DNA of 64,000 nucleotides from contig CAZBUD010000007.1 of the NCBI GenBank assembly GCA_964495015.1, positions 21,462-85,461 of the forward strand. The letters run 5' to 3'. This stretch comes from an uncultured Enterobacteriaceae bacterium (GTDB taxonomy: Bacteria; Desulfobacterota; Binatia; Bin18). Below, piece after piece: positions 1-9,994 of this stretch. Below the pieces are notes generated by a model that searched no databases, was not told where the DNA came from, and saw only the letters and a list, made by a program, of their open reading frames with translations. A program made the translations under genes and the position numbers. Within the stretch, counting starts at the first letter, position 1, and each line of letters begins with the position of its first letter.

Positions 1-234
1 CAAAAGGCAAAAGCCCACCGGCAATTGCTCGACGATCTCAAGCGGAATGATGAAGTCGTTACCGCCGGTGGTATTCACGGGCGGGTTATGGAATTGAGCG
101 AAAAAGTCATTACTCTTGAACTTACCCAGAACGTTCGCATTCGAGTCGAACGCTCCAAGATCGAGTCTGTGGTTGCGGGCGTGAGCGTGAGCAAAGCAGG
201 CGGCTCAGATAAGAAAAAGGGAAAGGATAAGTAA
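1..234 (+). CDS. yajC: Preprotein translocase subunit YajC, 5'-truncated by the window edge
   Basis: Frame 1 is open from nt 1. The C-terminal sequence LKRNDEVVTAGGIHGRV..I.LEL...V.I.V.RS.I is typical of YajC, followed by a Lys-rich tail. The TAATG stop/start overlaps secD. Confidence 0.85.
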   Translation, partial: QKAKAHRQLLDDLKRNDEVVTAGGIHGRVMELSEKVITLELTQNVRIRVERSKIESVVAGVSVSKAGGSDKKKGKDK

Positions 235-1799
235 TGCCTCAAGGTCTGCGTTATCGCCTCCTTTTAATTCTTGGGCTGGCCCTCTGGGGGAGTGTCTATC
301 TCACTCCTTCATTTACGGCCGCGTTGCCTGGCTGGTGGCCGTCCTTTCTGCCCTCGCACCAGATTCGGTTAGGCCTAGACCTGCGGGGGGGGACCTATTT
401 GCTGCTCACCGTCGATCTGGAAAAAGCGGTCGAGAATAGCTTAGATCGGTATGCTGAGGAGCTGCGCCGTGCGCTGCGCGAGGCTGAAGTGTCGAGTGTC
501 ACGATCGAACGCCGGGGGAAGACGCTGTATATCTCTACTCTTTCAGCCGCAGACCGAGAAACCACGCAAGACATTCTGGCCGAGCAATTTACCATCCTGG
601 AACCCCGAGTCGGTGCGGGATCGGGTAGTGAAATTATTGTCGATCTCGGCCGCCGTCAAATTGACGCGCTCGAGCAGTATGCGGTAGACCAATCGCTCGA
701 AACCATTCGTAACCGCATTGATCAATTTGGTGTGGCTGAGCCTGTTATTCAGCGCCAGGGCGACCGGGATATTTTGGTCCAGCTGCCTGGCATCCAGGAC
801 CCGGAACGCGCAAAAGCTCTGATCGGAAAGACCGCCTTGCTGGAATTCAAGCTGGTGGCCCTAGAGGGGAGCAGCGTCGATACCGAGACGCTGAATGGAC
901 AAACCCTCGAGCCGCTAAGTGGGGAGATGACTAAGACCACGTATACACTGGAAAAAACGACCCTGATGACCGGAGATGGGATATCGGATGCGCGCGTACG
1001 ACCTAGTGTAGACATCGAGGGGCCGTATGTCGAGCTTATTTTGACTGACCGCGGGGCGAAGACTTTTGGGGATGTGACGGGTGAAAACGTTGGTCGGCGT
1101 ATGGCCATTGTGCTCGATAATACGGTGTATTCGGCTCCGACCATACGTGAGCGCATAGGCGGTGGGCATGCCTCAATCCACGGAACTTTTGACATTAAAG
1201 AAGCCCGAGATCTCGCTATTATTCTGCGTGCTGGAGCCCTGCCTGCTCCGGTGACGATTGCAGAAGAGCGGACCGTTGGGCCGTCGCTCGGACGGGATTC
1301 CATAGATCAGGGAGCCATGTCCTTTATTATTGGTGGAGCGGCCGTCATCATCTTCATGGTGATCTATTACAATCTGGCCGGGGTCCTCGCCGATCTGGCC
1401 CTGGTCTTAAACATCTTGCTGCTGCTGGCCGCATTAGCCGCCTTTGACGCAACCCTCACCTTGCCGGGTATCGCCGGTATTGTTCTCACAGTTGGTATGG
1501 CGGTGGATGCCAATGTGTTGATCAATGAACGTATTCGAGAAGAGGTCCGCATGGGAAAGGGCGTTCGCGCTGCCGTCAATGCCGGTTATGAGCGTGCCCT
1601 ACCGGCCATTTTTGACTCGAATATTACGACGTTTTTATCAGGTCTGATTATGTTCCAATTCGGATCCGGTCCGATTAAAGGTTTTGCCGTGACTCTGTGC
1701 ATCGGTATTATCAGCACAGTGTTCACCACCGTGTTTTGTACGCGGGCGGTGTATGATTATTTTCTTTTTCGGCGGCGCATCATCACGCTGAGCGTGTAA
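234..1799 (+). CDS. secD: Protein translocase subunit SecD
   Basis: 521 aa with an N-terminal TM, a large periplasmic domain and a C-terminal 5-TM block (GIAGIVLTVGMAVDANVLINERIREE). Sits in the yajC-secD-secF order. Confidence 0.95.
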   Translation: MPQGLRYRLLLILGLALWGSVYLTPSFTAALPGWWPSFLPSHQIRLGLDLRGGTYLLLTVDLEKAVENSLDRYAEELRRALREAEVSSVTIERRGKTLYISTLSAADRETTQDILAEQFTILEPRVGAGSGSEIIVDLGRRQIDALEQYAVDQSLETIRNRIDQFGVAEPVIQRQGDRDILVQLPGIQDPERAKALIGKTALLEFKLVALEGSSVDTETLNGQTLEPLSGEMTKTTYTLEKTTLMTGDGISDARVRPSVDIEGPYVELILTDRGAKTFGDVTGENVGRRMAIVLDNTVYSAPTIRERIGGGHASIHGTFDIKEARDLAIILRAGALPAPVTIAEERTVGPSLGRDSIDQGAMSFIIGGAAVIIFMVIYYNLAGVLADLALVLNILLLLAALAAFDATLTLPGIAGIVLTVGMAVDANVLINERIREEVRMGKGVRAAVNAGYERALPAIFDSNITTFLSGLIMFQFGSGPIKGFAVTLCIGIISTVFTTVFCTRAVYDYFLFRRRIITLSV

Positions 1800-1832
1800 G
1801 GAAAAACGTTTCAAGTCGAATAGTGAAGCACT

Positions 1833-2735
1833 ATGGAATTTATTAAAGCTGGTACGACGATTGATTTTCTGCATTATGTCAAAAGCGCATATATATTTTC
1901 GGCCGCCCTCATCTTGATTGGGGCCGTGGTCTTTTTGTATCGTGGTGGACTGAACTACGGCGTGGACTTTGCGGGCGGCACGATCGTGCATGTCAAGTTC
2001 AGCCAGCGCACCGATACTGCCAGTATTCGTGCAGTTGTCTCGCAGACCGATATTGCCGACATCACTGTTCAGGACTTTGGTCAGGCCGGCGATGAATTTA
2101 TGATCCGGATACCCAAGTCGGAAACAGGCGCTGAGAACTTCTCTAACCGCATCCGATTCAGCTTAGCCGATGGATTTGGGGAAGAGGCCTACGATGTGCG
2201 GCGCGTGGAAAGCGTGGGACCCAAAGTGGGCAAAGATCTACGCCGCAAGGGAATTTTGGCCGTGGTCTTCGCGACGATCATGATGGGCGCCTATCTTTCG
2301 TTTCGGTTTGAGCCTCGTTTCGGGCTAGGAGCGGCGATTGCGCTCATCCATGACGTGTTGATTACCACCACTGCGCTCCTCGTGGCAGACGTGGAGTTCG
2401 ATCTGACCGTAGTTGCCGCGCTGCTGACCGTCATCGGGTATTCGGTCAATGACACGGTCATTGTGTGTGACCGGGTGCGAGAAAATATGCGCAAACTACG
2501 CCGTGAAACGCTCCACGTTATTATTAATCGCAGCATCAACGAAACCTTGAGTCGGACGGTGATCACCACCGGGACAGTGCTGCTGGTCATCCTGGCCCTC
2601 TTTTTCTTAGGCGGCTCTGTGCTGCATGCCTTTGCTCTGGTACTCTTGGTCGGCATGACGATTGGGACGTATTCCTCCATTTACGTCGCCAGTCCCATTG
2701 TGTTGTTGTGGGAAAAGGAGCAACCCCGTCGGTGA
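1833..2735 (+). CDS. secF: Protein translocase subunit SecF
   Basis: 300 aa with DFAGGT and GYSVNDTVIVCDRVREN motifs, directly after secD. Confidence 0.95.
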   Translation: MEFIKAGTTIDFLHYVKSAYIFSAALILIGAVVFLYRGGLNYGVDFAGGTIVHVKFSQRTDTASIRAVVSQTDIADITVQDFGQAGDEFMIRIPKSETGAENFSNRIRFSLADGFGEEAYDVRRVESVGPKVGKDLRRKGILAVVFATIMMGAYLSFRFEPRFGLGAAIALIHDVLITTTALLVADVEFDLTVVAALLTVIGYSVNDTVIVCDRVRENMRKLRRETLHVIINRSINETLSRTVITTGTVLLVILALFFLGGSVLHAFALVLLVGMTIGTYSSIYVASPIVLLWEKEQPRR

Positions 2736-4525
2736 GCGGGCCAGGCCACAGATTCGAAAAGCGCTGGACTGTTCGCTCGGCTGATCCTGACCGTATTCGT
2801 ACGCTTCTTGCAGAAACACATAACTATCCGGAACCGCTTACGCCCATTGCGGCCCGGCTACTTGTGAGTCGTGGTATTAATACCCCGCAGAAAGTAACGG
2901 CGTTTTTGTCGCCCTTGCTGCGTACGGGGCTGCGTTCGCCCATGCTCTTTCCGGATATGCAACGTGCAACGGACCGGCTACTCCGTGCCAAAGATCAAGG
3001 CGAGCAAGTGTGCATATGGGGAGATTATGATGTTGATGGGGTGACGGGCAGCTCTCAGCTTGTGCTCTTTCTGCGTGAAATAGGGATGGACCCCGTGCTC
3101 TATATTCCCCACCGGATTCACGAGGGTTATGGGCTCAATACACCTGCTATCGAGAAGCTGGCGGCTGACGGGACGAAAGTGATGGTGACAGCCGACTGCG
3201 GGGCCAGCGGCCATACTGAGATTGCCCGTGCGCAGCAGCTCGGTATCGATGTGATCGTGTGTGACCACCACCTTGTGCCGGATGAAAAACTCCCCGCCTA
3301 TGCTGTACTGAATCCTCTGGAAAAAGACTGTCCGTTTTCTTTTTCCGGCCTGTCTGGTGCCGGGGTTGTATTCTATTTGCTCATGGGCCTACGCATGCGA
3401 CTGCGCAAAAGGGGCATGCAGCCAGTTCCGGATCTACGCCGGTATTTGGATCTTGTGTGTCTGGGCACAGTTGCGGATTTAGTACCCTTGGTCGAAGAGA
3501 ACCGGGTGCTGGTGACGCATGGACTCAAGCAAATCGAAAACAGTCAGCGACCGGGAATTTGCGCTTTAAAGGCGGTGAGTGGCGATTCCGACGTGACGGC
3601 AAGCTATATTGGCTTTCGTCTCGGTCCGCGCATCAATGCTGGTGGACGCTTAGCCGAAGCTCAAAAAGCCGTTGAGCTGCTGACGACGACGGATGCCGAA
3701 CGCGCACGATTCATTGCTGCTGAGCTGGACGAGGAAAATATCGCTCGTAGAGCCATTGAAGAGAAAATCCTGACGCAGGCCATAGGCATGGCTGAGGCGC
3801 AGCTTGATCAGGGTGGACAGGGTGAGCAAGGTGGAAAAAATGGGCAAAGTGAGCGATATAGCCTGGTGCTCGCCTCATCAGATTGGCACCCCGGCGTCAT
3901 TGGCATTGTTGCCTCACGTTTGGTGGAACGATTCGGGCGGCCGACCATTCTCATTGCCATAGATGGCGATATGGGAAAAGGCTCTGGACGAAGCCCAAAA
4001 CCCTTCCATTTGTATGAGGGGCTTAAGGCGTGTGGCGATCTCTTGGCAGGCTATGGGGGGCATCGCCCGGCGGCAGGATTATCCATTCCGGCTGAAGCTA
4101 TCCCTGTCTTTGCGGATCAGTTTGAAGCGGTTGCTCGCCAACGACTGACATCGGATGACCTCGTTCCCGTGGTGGAGTATGACACTGAACTGGATGTCGG
4201 AAGGTTAAGGCCGGAAGTCCTGGCGGAACTCCGTCGCCTCGAACCGTATGGACAGGGTAACCCGGAACCGGTTTTTCGCGCTTCTCAGGCCGAGGTCGTG
4301 ACCTGTGGGGTTGTCGGTGATCAGTCGCAGGGTAAGGCCGGACATCTCAAACTCGTACTTCGTTCACCAGACGGGGGAAGCCCGGTTGACGCCATTGGCT
4401 TTGGTATGGGTGATCGTGACATTACTGCCCGACAACGTGTCGACGTGCTCTATACGCCGGGCATTAACGTTTGGAATGGCAATGCCAGCCTGCAACTCCG
4501 TCTGCGCGATATAAAGGGATACTAA
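2732..4525 (+). CDS. recJ: Single-stranded-DNA-specific exonuclease RecJ
   Basis: DHH-family motifs (GDYDVDGVT, DCGA, VCDHH) and a DHHA1-like GGHRPAAG. GTG at 2732 overlaps the secF stop (GTGA). The maximal ORF starts at 2708, so the start is uncertain. Confidence 0.9.
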   Translation: MSGPGHRFEKRWTVRSADPDRIRTLLAETHNYPEPLTPIAARLLVSRGINTPQKVTAFLSPLLRTGLRSPMLFPDMQRATDRLLRAKDQGEQVCIWGDYDVDGVTGSSQLVLFLREIGMDPVLYIPHRIHEGYGLNTPAIEKLAADGTKVMVTADCGASGHTEIARAQQLGIDVIVCDHHLVPDEKLPAYAVLNPLEKDCPFSFSGLSGAGVVFYLLMGLRMRLRKRGMQPVPDLRRYLDLVCLGTVADLVPLVEENRVLVTHGLKQIENSQRPGICALKAVSGDSDVTASYIGFRLGPRINAGGRLAEAQKAVELLTTTDAERARFIAAELDEENIARRAIEEKILTQAIGMAEAQLDQGGQGEQGGKNGQSERYSLVLASSDWHPGVIGIVASRLVERFGRPTILIAIDGDMGKGSGRSPKPFHLYEGLKACGDLLAGYGGHRPAAGLSIPAEAIPVFADQFEAVARQRLTSDDLVPVVEYDTELDVGRLRPEVLAELRRLEPYGQGNPEPVFRASQAEVVTCGVVGDQSQGKAGHLKLVLRSPDGGSPVDAIGFGMGDRDITARQRVDVLYTPGINVWNGNASLQLRLRDIKGY

Positions 4526-4611
4526 CCCTTCGAAATTATAAAGACATTGACCAATTTTTAGCGTTGTGGTATCCCTACCAACTGTTCTGCTTACGCGAGA
4601 AATGCAACGCG

Positions 4612-4803
4612 GTGGAAGAGAACGAGGAAGTTTTACTCAACAGCCGGCAGGCAGCCGCGCTTCTTGAGGTTAGTCCGGATAAGGTCAACGAGCTTGCTCG
4701 GAAAAACGTACTGCCTGGGGTAAAACGAGGCAGACAGTGGCGGTTTCGTGACCAGGACGTGACGCTCTTTAAGAAGCTGCGACAGAAGCAAGTAGCGGCC
4801 TGA
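4612..4803 (+). CDS. Small helix-turn-helix DNA-binding protein (excisionase/MerR-like HTH family)
   Basis: LLNSRQAAALLEVSPDKVNELARKNVLPGVKRGRQWRFRDQDV matches the excisionase-family HTH pattern. The maximal ORF starts at ATG 4471, overlapping recJ by 55 nt. An in-frame GTG at 4612 gives a family-typical 63 aa. Confidence 0.6.
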   Translation: MEENEEVLLNSRQAAALLEVSPDKVNELARKNVLPGVKRGRQWRFRDQDVTLFKKLRQKQVAA

Positions 4804-4822
4804 ACTTCGAGGGGGATGACGC

Positions 4823-5503
4823 GTGTTGGCTGGGCACAATGAGAGGGAGATTCCGAACCCTCACGAGAGTAAACTTTATTCCGAGTTTTCTCATCTATAC
4901 GATAAGATCTTCTCTCGTTTCTTTAGTGATCGCATTACCGCTGTTGTTCGTAGTCTCAATATTCAGCGTGACGCAAAGGTGCTCGAAGTCGGGGTGGGCA
5001 CCGGCCTGTCCATGGATGCCTATCCGGCTCACTGTGAGGTGACGGGCATAGACCTCGCTCCTGAGATGTTAGTGCGGGCGCAGGAGCGTGCGGATGAGAG
5101 TGGTTGGCGCCATTTTCGCCTGCTCAGCATGGACGCGCTAAATCTCGACTTCCCGGACAATACGTTTGACTACGTGACCTCGTTTCACGTTATCAGCGTG
5201 GTGCCTGATCCCGTTGGTATGATGAAAGAGATTAACCGGGTCTGTAAACCAGGCGGGAAAATTGCGATCATCAACCATTTTAGAACAACAAAACCGATTC
5301 TCGGCCCCATCGTCGGCGCCCTTGATCCTCTCACCCGGCGCTTAGGTTGGAGTGCCTCCTTGCGTCTCAAACAGGCGTTTAACGGTGTCCCTGTCCGTAT
5401 TGAGAAGAGTTTCAAGACCCATCCTCTGTCCCTGTTTACCGTAGTGCTGGCCGAGAATCTCAAAAACGGCGCGGTAAACGGGAACGGACGCCGCGTGTCC
5501 TGA
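4823..5503 (+). CDS. Class I SAM-dependent methyltransferase (UbiE/PmtA-like)
   Basis: Motif I VLEVGVGTGL, then VTGIDLAPEML and a post-I acidic residue. GTG start, 226 aa. Confidence 0.8.
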   Translation: MLAGHNEREIPNPHESKLYSEFSHLYDKIFSRFFSDRITAVVRSLNIQRDAKVLEVGVGTGLSMDAYPAHCEVTGIDLAPEMLVRAQERADESGWRHFRLLSMDALNLDFPDNTFDYVTSFHVISVVPDPVGMMKEINRVCKPGGKIAIINHFRTTKPILGPIVGALDPLTRRLGWSASLRLKQAFNGVPVRIEKSFKTHPLSLFTVVLAENLKNGAVNGNGRRVS

Positions 5504-5825
5504 CCTTGCCGTTCATGCTCCCTAGAAAATAAGCCCTGCTCGCAGTTCGGGAACTCTCCCGTGTGGAGTCGCGTTCATTTGCGGGTCTATTGGCATCTAT
5601 TGGATAGCGCTATTTTTACCTTGATACTCGGCCTCTTCTCGTGTATTCCCAAAGCTCGTCCAGAGGGAGCCCGCGTGAGATAGGGTAAGCAAGAGTAAGA
5701 AGGATGGGCGAACGCCGCCACTCGATCAGACCGGCTTTTAGCTACAGGCCATCGGCTGGACTATGCCGGAGGAGAGCCAGGAAGCAGAAGAAGAGAGACA
5801 AGAGTGAGAGTGTGTTTGCCCGTAC

Positions 5826-6479
5826 ATGCATAGTCTGGATTCCAACTGCCCTCTGTGTCTGCATGCCGGCGGAAGCCTGTTTCATCAAGACCGGTTCCGA
5901 GTTTATTGGTCCTGTCCGCGCTGTTATTTGATATACGTACCTGCTCGCTACCATATCTCGCCCGAGGCTGCCCGGCAGCGTTACGATACTCACCGCAATA
6001 GTCCGGACGACCCAGGCCATGCTGGATACCGAGCCTTTTTAAACCGACTGCTTGATGTTCTGGTGCCGCTTCTCCAGCCAGGCAGTACCGGCTTGGATTT
6101 TGGCTCAGGGCCCGAGCCCGTCCTCTCGCTACTCATGGCTGAGCAGGGTTTTCAGATTAAGAACTATGACCGGTTGTATGCCAACCAGCCAAGTCTCCTT
6201 GAACAGACGTACGATTTTGTGACGTGTGCTGAAACCATGGAGCACTTTGCCCAGCCGAGAGCAGACTGGGAGTGCTTGCTCGGACTGCTAAAGCATGGCG
6301 GCTGGCTTGGCATTATGACCCAGCTCGTCACCGATCGGAGTCGGTTTCCAAACTGGTATTACAAACGCGATCTAACCCATGTGTGTTTCTACTCCAGGGT
6401 AACCATCGAGTGGTTAGCTCAGGAATATGCGCTCAGCGTCCGGTTCCATGAGAGGTCTGTTGCTGTCTTTCAACGCTAA
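5826..6479 (+). CDS. Class I SAM-dependent methyltransferase with an N-terminal Cys4 zinc ribbon
   Basis: CPLC...CPRC ribbon followed by GLDFGSGPEP (motif I) and a methyltransferase-fold C-terminus. Confidence 0.75.
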   Translation: MHSLDSNCPLCLHAGGSLFHQDRFRVYWSCPRCYLIYVPARYHISPEAARQRYDTHRNSPDDPGHAGYRAFLNRLLDVLVPLLQPGSTGLDFGSGPEPVLSLLMAEQGFQIKNYDRLYANQPSLLEQTYDFVTCAETMEHFAQPRADWECLLGLLKHGGWLGIMTQLVTDRSRFPNWYYKRDLTHVCFYSRVTIEWLAQEYALSVRFHERSVAVFQR

Positions 6480-6499
6480 ATGAGAGTAATTGTGAGCGG

Positions 6500-7201
6500 C
6501 TATCTGCCGAGCGCTTTTAGCAGCAAATGCGGGAAATCTACCGTCATGCCGTCGACGTCAGCCTCGATGGCTGATTGCATGAGATCAGTGTCTTTGATCC
6601 CCCAGGCTCGGACTTCGAGCCCCGAGGCTTTCCAGTCTGCAACTAACTCTGGAGACAGAAAAGGTGCGGGAGGGCAGATCTGATCGAGCTTGGCGTGCAG
6701 CACCTTTTGAGTTGTTTCCGGTTTGGCATCAGTCGTCAGCGAGCCAACCTTGGCGTCGGGTGCCTGTGCTTTTAGATTCTGGACAATCGAGAAATAAAAC
6801 GAGGAGAACGTGACGGCATTGAGCAGGCCCATTTCCCGCACCATTGCGAGTACGCGCAGCTCAAGATCGGGTTGCTTGATCTCTAGTACAATATGGGTGC
6901 GTTGCCCGTAGCGCTCGAGGACATCACGCAGTAAGGGGACGCGCGCGCCGGCGTGTTCGACGCTAAACGATGAACCCGCGTCTAAGTCTCTGAGGACCGA
7001 CCACGGCGTTTCATACACCAGACCGCCTCCATTTGTGGTTCGACTCAGGTTTTTATCGTGAATCAGGACGAGTTCGCCGTCGCTGGTCGAGTGGACATCG
7101 GTCTCGATCGCATCGACGCCGAGTGACAGCGCCAGCTCAAAACCTTCTAGCGTATTCTCTGGAGCGAGAGCTGCTGCGCCGCGATGGCCAATGACTTGCA
7201 T
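6500..7201 (-). CDS. Glycerophosphodiester phosphodiesterase (GlpQ/UgpQ family)
   Basis: N-terminal VIGHRGAAALAPENTLEGF....G.D.IETDVH.T.DGELVLIHD is the GDPD signature. Confidence 0.9.
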   Translation of the reverse strand: MQVIGHRGAAALAPENTLEGFELALSLGVDAIETDVHSTSDGELVLIHDKNLSRTTNGGGLVYETPWSVLRDLDAGSSFSVEHAGARVPLLRDVLERYGQRTHIVLEIKQPDLELRVLAMVREMGLLNAVTFSSFYFSIVQNLKAQAPDAKVGSLTTDAKPETTQKVLHAKLDQICPPAPFLSPELVADWKASGLEVRAWGIKDTDLMQSAIEADVDGMTVDFPHLLLKALGR

Positions 7202-7228
7202 GAGAAAATGATTATTGAGGCGGACTTT

Positions 7229-8464
7229 CTAATTCAGATCCTTACTCGAATAGCCCAAGATACGCCGGGCAATAATTAGCAAATTAATCTGTTGCGTACC
7301 CTCGTAAATATCGCTGACCTTGGCGTCGCGCATCCATTTTTCCAATAGGATTTTCCGTGAGTAACCAAGCGGACCCAGTAACTCGACGGCTTTCTGTGTG
7401 ACCTGAGTGACTACGCTGCCGGCCTTGGCCTTGGCCATAGAGGCCTCCAGACTGTTGCGTATACCTTGATCCAGCATCCAGGCCGCCCGCCAGGTCAGAA
7501 GCCGGGCCGCCTGCAGGCTGGCTTCCATGTCCATAAAGTCACGCTCACGCGTGCTGAGTTTCGTGGGCGGGGTGGTGTAGCGGATGGTGATGCCTTCCTG
7601 CTTGAAAATGTCACGGACATAATCTACAGCAGCTCGGGCGATGCCAAGAGCGCTGGCGGCCACGAGCGGGCGGGTCGCATCAAACGTTGCCATTACGCCC
7701 TTAAAGCCCTGGGTGGATTGTTTGACTTCCGCACTCCCCAAAAGATTGTCTACAGGAATGCGACAGTCTTCAAACATCAGCATGGCTGTGTCCGAGACCC
7801 GGATGCCCATCTTGTCTTCAATCTTAGCGACGGTCATACCAGGCGTGTGGTGGTCAACGACAAAGGCTTTGATACCGCCTCGCCCGGCAGACTTATCCAC
7901 CGTGGCCCATACAACGATGAAGCCCTCCGATTTCTCTGCGGCCATGAGACCGCTGGTGCAGAAAATCTTCGTCCCGCTTAAGACCCACTGGTCTCCATCT
8001 TGGACCGCTGTGGTTGCGACTGCGGCCGAGTCTGAACCACAGCCCGGTTCGGTGATGGCCATGGCTCCCCACTTGGGTGCGCCGTCACGGAAGCGTGCCA
8101 AAAAGCGTTCTTTCTGCTCTGGCGTGCCGGTGGCGGCGACCGCAGCACCACCCAGCCCCGGATGCGGAATACTGAGATACAGACCCACGTCGCCCCAGGA
8201 TAATTCCTCAACAAGGATGGCCGAGCGAACGTTGCGCTCCGACGGAGGTCGGTCAGTCTTCTCTTGCTGCTCTTGCTTTTGTTTTCCATCTCCAAAGCTG
8301 ACTATGTTTTTTGAGGCGTTCCACATCATGTTCAGCCATTCGGTGGGCTTTTCATGCTCACGCTCGTCATACTCGCGCGAGATGGGTCGCATAGTGCCGT
8401 CCGCCACCGAGTGCATCATATCCCGGTTCTTTTGAACGGCTGCGGACAGGGAGAAGTCTATCAT
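7229..8464 (-). CDS. Acyl-CoA dehydrogenase family protein carrying a low-complexity insertion
   Basis: ACAD middle and C-terminal domains, with the catalytic-base region DIYEGTQQINLLIIARRILG. There is a Gln/Glu/Lys-rich insertion (GDGKQKQEQQEKTDRPPSE) near the N-terminus. Confidence 0.9.
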   Translation of the reverse strand: MIDFSLSAAVQKNRDMMHSVADGTMRPISREYDEREHEKPTEWLNMMWNASKNIVSFGDGKQKQEQQEKTDRPPSERNVRSAILVEELSWGDVGLYLSIPHPGLGGAAVAATGTPEQKERFLARFRDGAPKWGAMAITEPGCGSDSAAVATTAVQDGDQWVLSGTKIFCTSGLMAAEKSEGFIVVWATVDKSAGRGGIKAFVVDHHTPGMTVAKIEDKMGIRVSDTAMLMFEDCRIPVDNLLGSAEVKQSTQGFKGVMATFDATRPLVAASALGIARAAVDYVRDIFKQEGITIRYTTPPTKLSTRERDFMDMEASLQAARLLTWRAAWMLDQGIRNSLEASMAKAKAGSVVTQVTQKAVELLGPLGYSRKILLEKWMRDAKVSDIYEGTQQINLLIIARRILGYSSKDLN

Positions 8465-8530
8465 GCTCTGCCTCCAATACTCTCGATTCGGTACTCTTCT
8501 TCGACCCTAGATCGTTAGACTATCTCAACC

Positions 8531-9613
8531 TTAGATCATGGCCAGCCCTTCGAAAGTGGCAAAGCCGCGACCGTTGCGCAGCCATAGTTCAACCGGATGG
8601 TCCCGAATATAGCCATGACCACCTAGTATTTGGAGGGCATTGTCTGTCACTTTGAGAACCATGTCTGCCGCGTAGTTCTTGGCTAAACAGGATTCGCGCG
8701 TGGCATCTTCACCCGCATCGAGTTTCCACGCTGCTTCCCAGGAAAGCAAACGGGTCGCATCAATTTCCATGGCCATCTCGGCCAACACAAAGGCTATGGC
8801 TTGTTTTTGCGCAATGGCGACGCCAAACGCTTTACGCTCTTTGGCGTACTCACGCGCATATTCGTAGGCGGCTTTGGCCACGCCAACTGCCATGGTGGCC
8901 AGGGCAACACGTGAGCGATTCAAAATCGGCTGCAGATCACCTTGCAGTTGCGATGAGCCTGGGACACGGCAATCGTCCAGACTGAGTTCATACGTGGTGA
9001 CTGCTTGGAGGCCCATGTTTTTTTCACGTCCGGTGATGTTGAGCCCCGGCGTCTCGGGTGGAACCAGGAAGGCGCTCAAACCATTCCCGGTGCGAGCATA
9101 AACCAGCGTTTGGGCGGCATCAGCTGCTAAAGGCACAAAACACTTGGTGCCGTTAATGACAAAGTCTCCATTTTGTTGCTCGGCCGTTGTGGCCAGTTCA
9201 TTTACGTCAAAGCCAAAGCGTGGTTCCATGAGAGCTGCTGTACCAGCTGTGAAATCCGGTCCGATATAGCTGCTGAGAATCTGCTGTTTTTGTTCGTCCG
9301 TACCGAGTCTCATAACCGGATAGGTTATAAGCTGGGGTGAGAGCATATGCAGGGCAATGGACAAGTCGCCCCAAGCCAGTTCTTCACAGATTAACGTGCC
9401 AGTGACAGCCGAGGAGGGCGTCCCGGCGCCGCCGTAGGCTTCGGGGATTGTGCTCTGGACGAGACCCAGTTCCCAGGCCTGTTGCACAACTGCCCCAGGA
9501 ATTTCGCCGCTCTCATCTGCATCGTGGGCGATGGGACGGATCTGTTCTCGGGCAAACTCAGAGACTGTGTCTCGAATCAGCTGTTGTTCTTCGTTTGGCT
9601 GAAAGCCAAGCAT
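8531..9613 (-). CDS. Acyl-CoA dehydrogenase family protein (short, 360 aa)
   Basis: ACAD N-terminal, beta and C-terminal domain pattern. It ends right after ..ATFEGLAMI, so the usual C-terminal helix is missing. Lies 66 bp upstream of and co-oriented with the 411-aa ACAD. Confidence 0.9.
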   Translation of the reverse strand: MLGFQPNEEQQLIRDTVSEFAREQIRPIAHDADESGEIPGAVVQQAWELGLVQSTIPEAYGGAGTPSSAVTGTLICEELAWGDLSIALHMLSPQLITYPVMRLGTDEQKQQILSSYIGPDFTAGTAALMEPRFGFDVNELATTAEQQNGDFVINGTKCFVPLAADAAQTLVYARTGNGLSAFLVPPETPGLNITGREKNMGLQAVTTYELSLDDCRVPGSSQLQGDLQPILNRSRVALATMAVGVAKAAYEYAREYAKERKAFGVAIAQKQAIAFVLAEMAMEIDATRLLSWEAAWKLDAGEDATRESCLAKNYAADMVLKVTDNALQILGGHGYIRDHPVELWLRNGRGFATFEGLAMI

Positions 9614-9994
9614 AGGTACGGTCTCCTTGATGCGTCTGCAGCAGAATTTGAATCGATTAAATTCTGAAAGCAGTCTATCATAGACAACGGCCTGGGAAAC
9701 GGAGGTGTGGGTAGCGGTGTGTGTCGGGTTACACTGCGCTAAGTCGACCTACGGGATCTGCTGTTGAGAAACTCCTTGGTCCTGTTCTACCCGACCGTAA
9801 ACGATCGAGTTCAGTCTACAACGCCTGCTAAAGAGGGCTCCCCAATCCCGCCTCAGGGGGCTTCAGCCTCCCGGGTAGATTGAGCAGGGCGCTTGAGCGC
9901 CCTGAGGCGATAGTCGCCCGGAAAAACATCTGCACGTATCAACACCGCCACCTCGTGGCCGGGGGGGTGTCTTGGCGTCTTCATATCCCTACTC

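Noticed and set aside
749-1303. 184-aa minus-strand ORF inside secD, and similar long ORFs elsewhere: 7641-8435 (+) antisense to the ACAD, 23248-23877 (+) antisense to the serine hydrolase, 54568-55005 (+) antisense to the methylase, and 37845-38558, an alternate frame on the same (minus) strand within ctaD
   Set aside because: These are shadow ORFs, antisense to or in an alternate frame of strongly supported genes. Their translations are Arg/Ser/Pro-rich with no family resemblance, as is typical of GC-rich non-coding frames.
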